Part shown: piece after piece, positions 63,559 through 64,000 of the stretch
Numbering within the stretch: position 1 is the stretch's first letter
Layout: the number at the start of each line of letters is the position of its first letter
Source of the DNA: Dehalococcoidia bacterium
GTDB taxonomy: Bacteria; Chloroflexota; Dehalococcoidia; Plut-88900
Assembly (NCBI GenBank): GCA_965197585.1
Contig: OZ240215.1
Span: 1,568,001-1,632,000, forward strand
Direction: 5' to 3'
Length of the DNA: 64,000 bases
The notes under the pieces: model-generated
Told to the model about the DNA's origin: nothing
The model's input: the letters and a program-made list of their open reading frames with translations, nothing else
Database searches by the model: none
Translations under genes and position numbers: made by a program

Positions 63559-64000
63559 TTGGAACAACCGGCAGTCCAACCCAAGCCCGTAGAGCAACCC
63601 GAGAGCGCGTCCGCGCTCCTCGGTCCTGTTCCCCGTCACGTGGCCGTAATCATGGATGGCAACGGAAGATGGGCCCAGCGCCGCAACCTGCCTCGCCTCC
63701 AAGGACACAGCGCCGGTATCTCCAACATCCGCCCCGTCATTGACAGCTTCGCCGAACACGGCGTCGAGTACCTAACCCTATACGCCTTCTCCACCGAAAA
63801 CTGGACTCGCCCCCAAGAGGAGGTTGCAGGCCTCCTGGAGTTCCTCGCTGCCGCCATCAAGGACGAGACCCAGTATTTCCACGAAAAGGGCGTCCGACTC
63901 GTTCACCTCGGCCGTATCGACCGCCTGGCCCCGGACATCCAGGCAGCTATCCGCGAAGCCGTCGATCTCACCAAGGACAACCGCTACATCACCGTCTGTA
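63559..64000 (+). CDS. uppS: Polyprenyl diphosphate synthase (runs off window end)
   Basis: Manual translation: PRHVAVIMDGNGRWA..GH..YAFSTENWTRP. Confidence 0.93.
   Translation, partial: MEQPAVQPKPVEQPESASALLGPVPRHVAVIMDGNGRWAQRRNLPRLQGHSAGISNIRPVIDSFAEHGVEYLTLYAFSTENWTRPQEEVAGLLEFLAAAIKDETQYFHEKGVRLVHLGRIDRLAPDIQAAIREAVDLTKDNRYITVC

Overview
GC-rich bacterial chromosomal window. Gene content points to Chloroflexota/Dehalococcoidia, probably SAR202-like and possibly host (sponge) associated; this is inferred from rplI-dnaB-DnaD synteny, a short EF-Ts, LLM, MDR, amidohydrolase and CoA-transferase paralogs, and ankyrin, Ig-like and Cache lipoproteins. Housekeeping genes are dnaB, rplI, purL/purQ, rpsU, sufBCDSU, fumC, ribF, tyrS, ligA, pth, glnA, moeB, rplY, lexA, aroH, trpA and rpsB-tsf-pyrH-frr-uppS. 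They are interspersed with catabolic genes (Zn-ADHs, a xanthine-dehydrogenase-family molybdoenzyme, MaoC, CaiB, amidohydrolases), a hicAB module and a stand-alone UGA-containing GrdB-like selenoprotein. The most unusual signal is intergenic. Four diverged copies of a 0.6-1.2 kb element each begin with a sigma70 promoter carrying a LexA-type GAAC-N4-GTAC operator in its spacer, similar to the box before this window's lexA. The copies share internal and 3' blocks, and two contain terminase-nuclease-like peptide relics. They sit in REP-like mosaics containing 21-25 nt hairpin modules, with filled and empty sites both visible. No tRNA, rRNA, CRISPR array or transposase was recognised.
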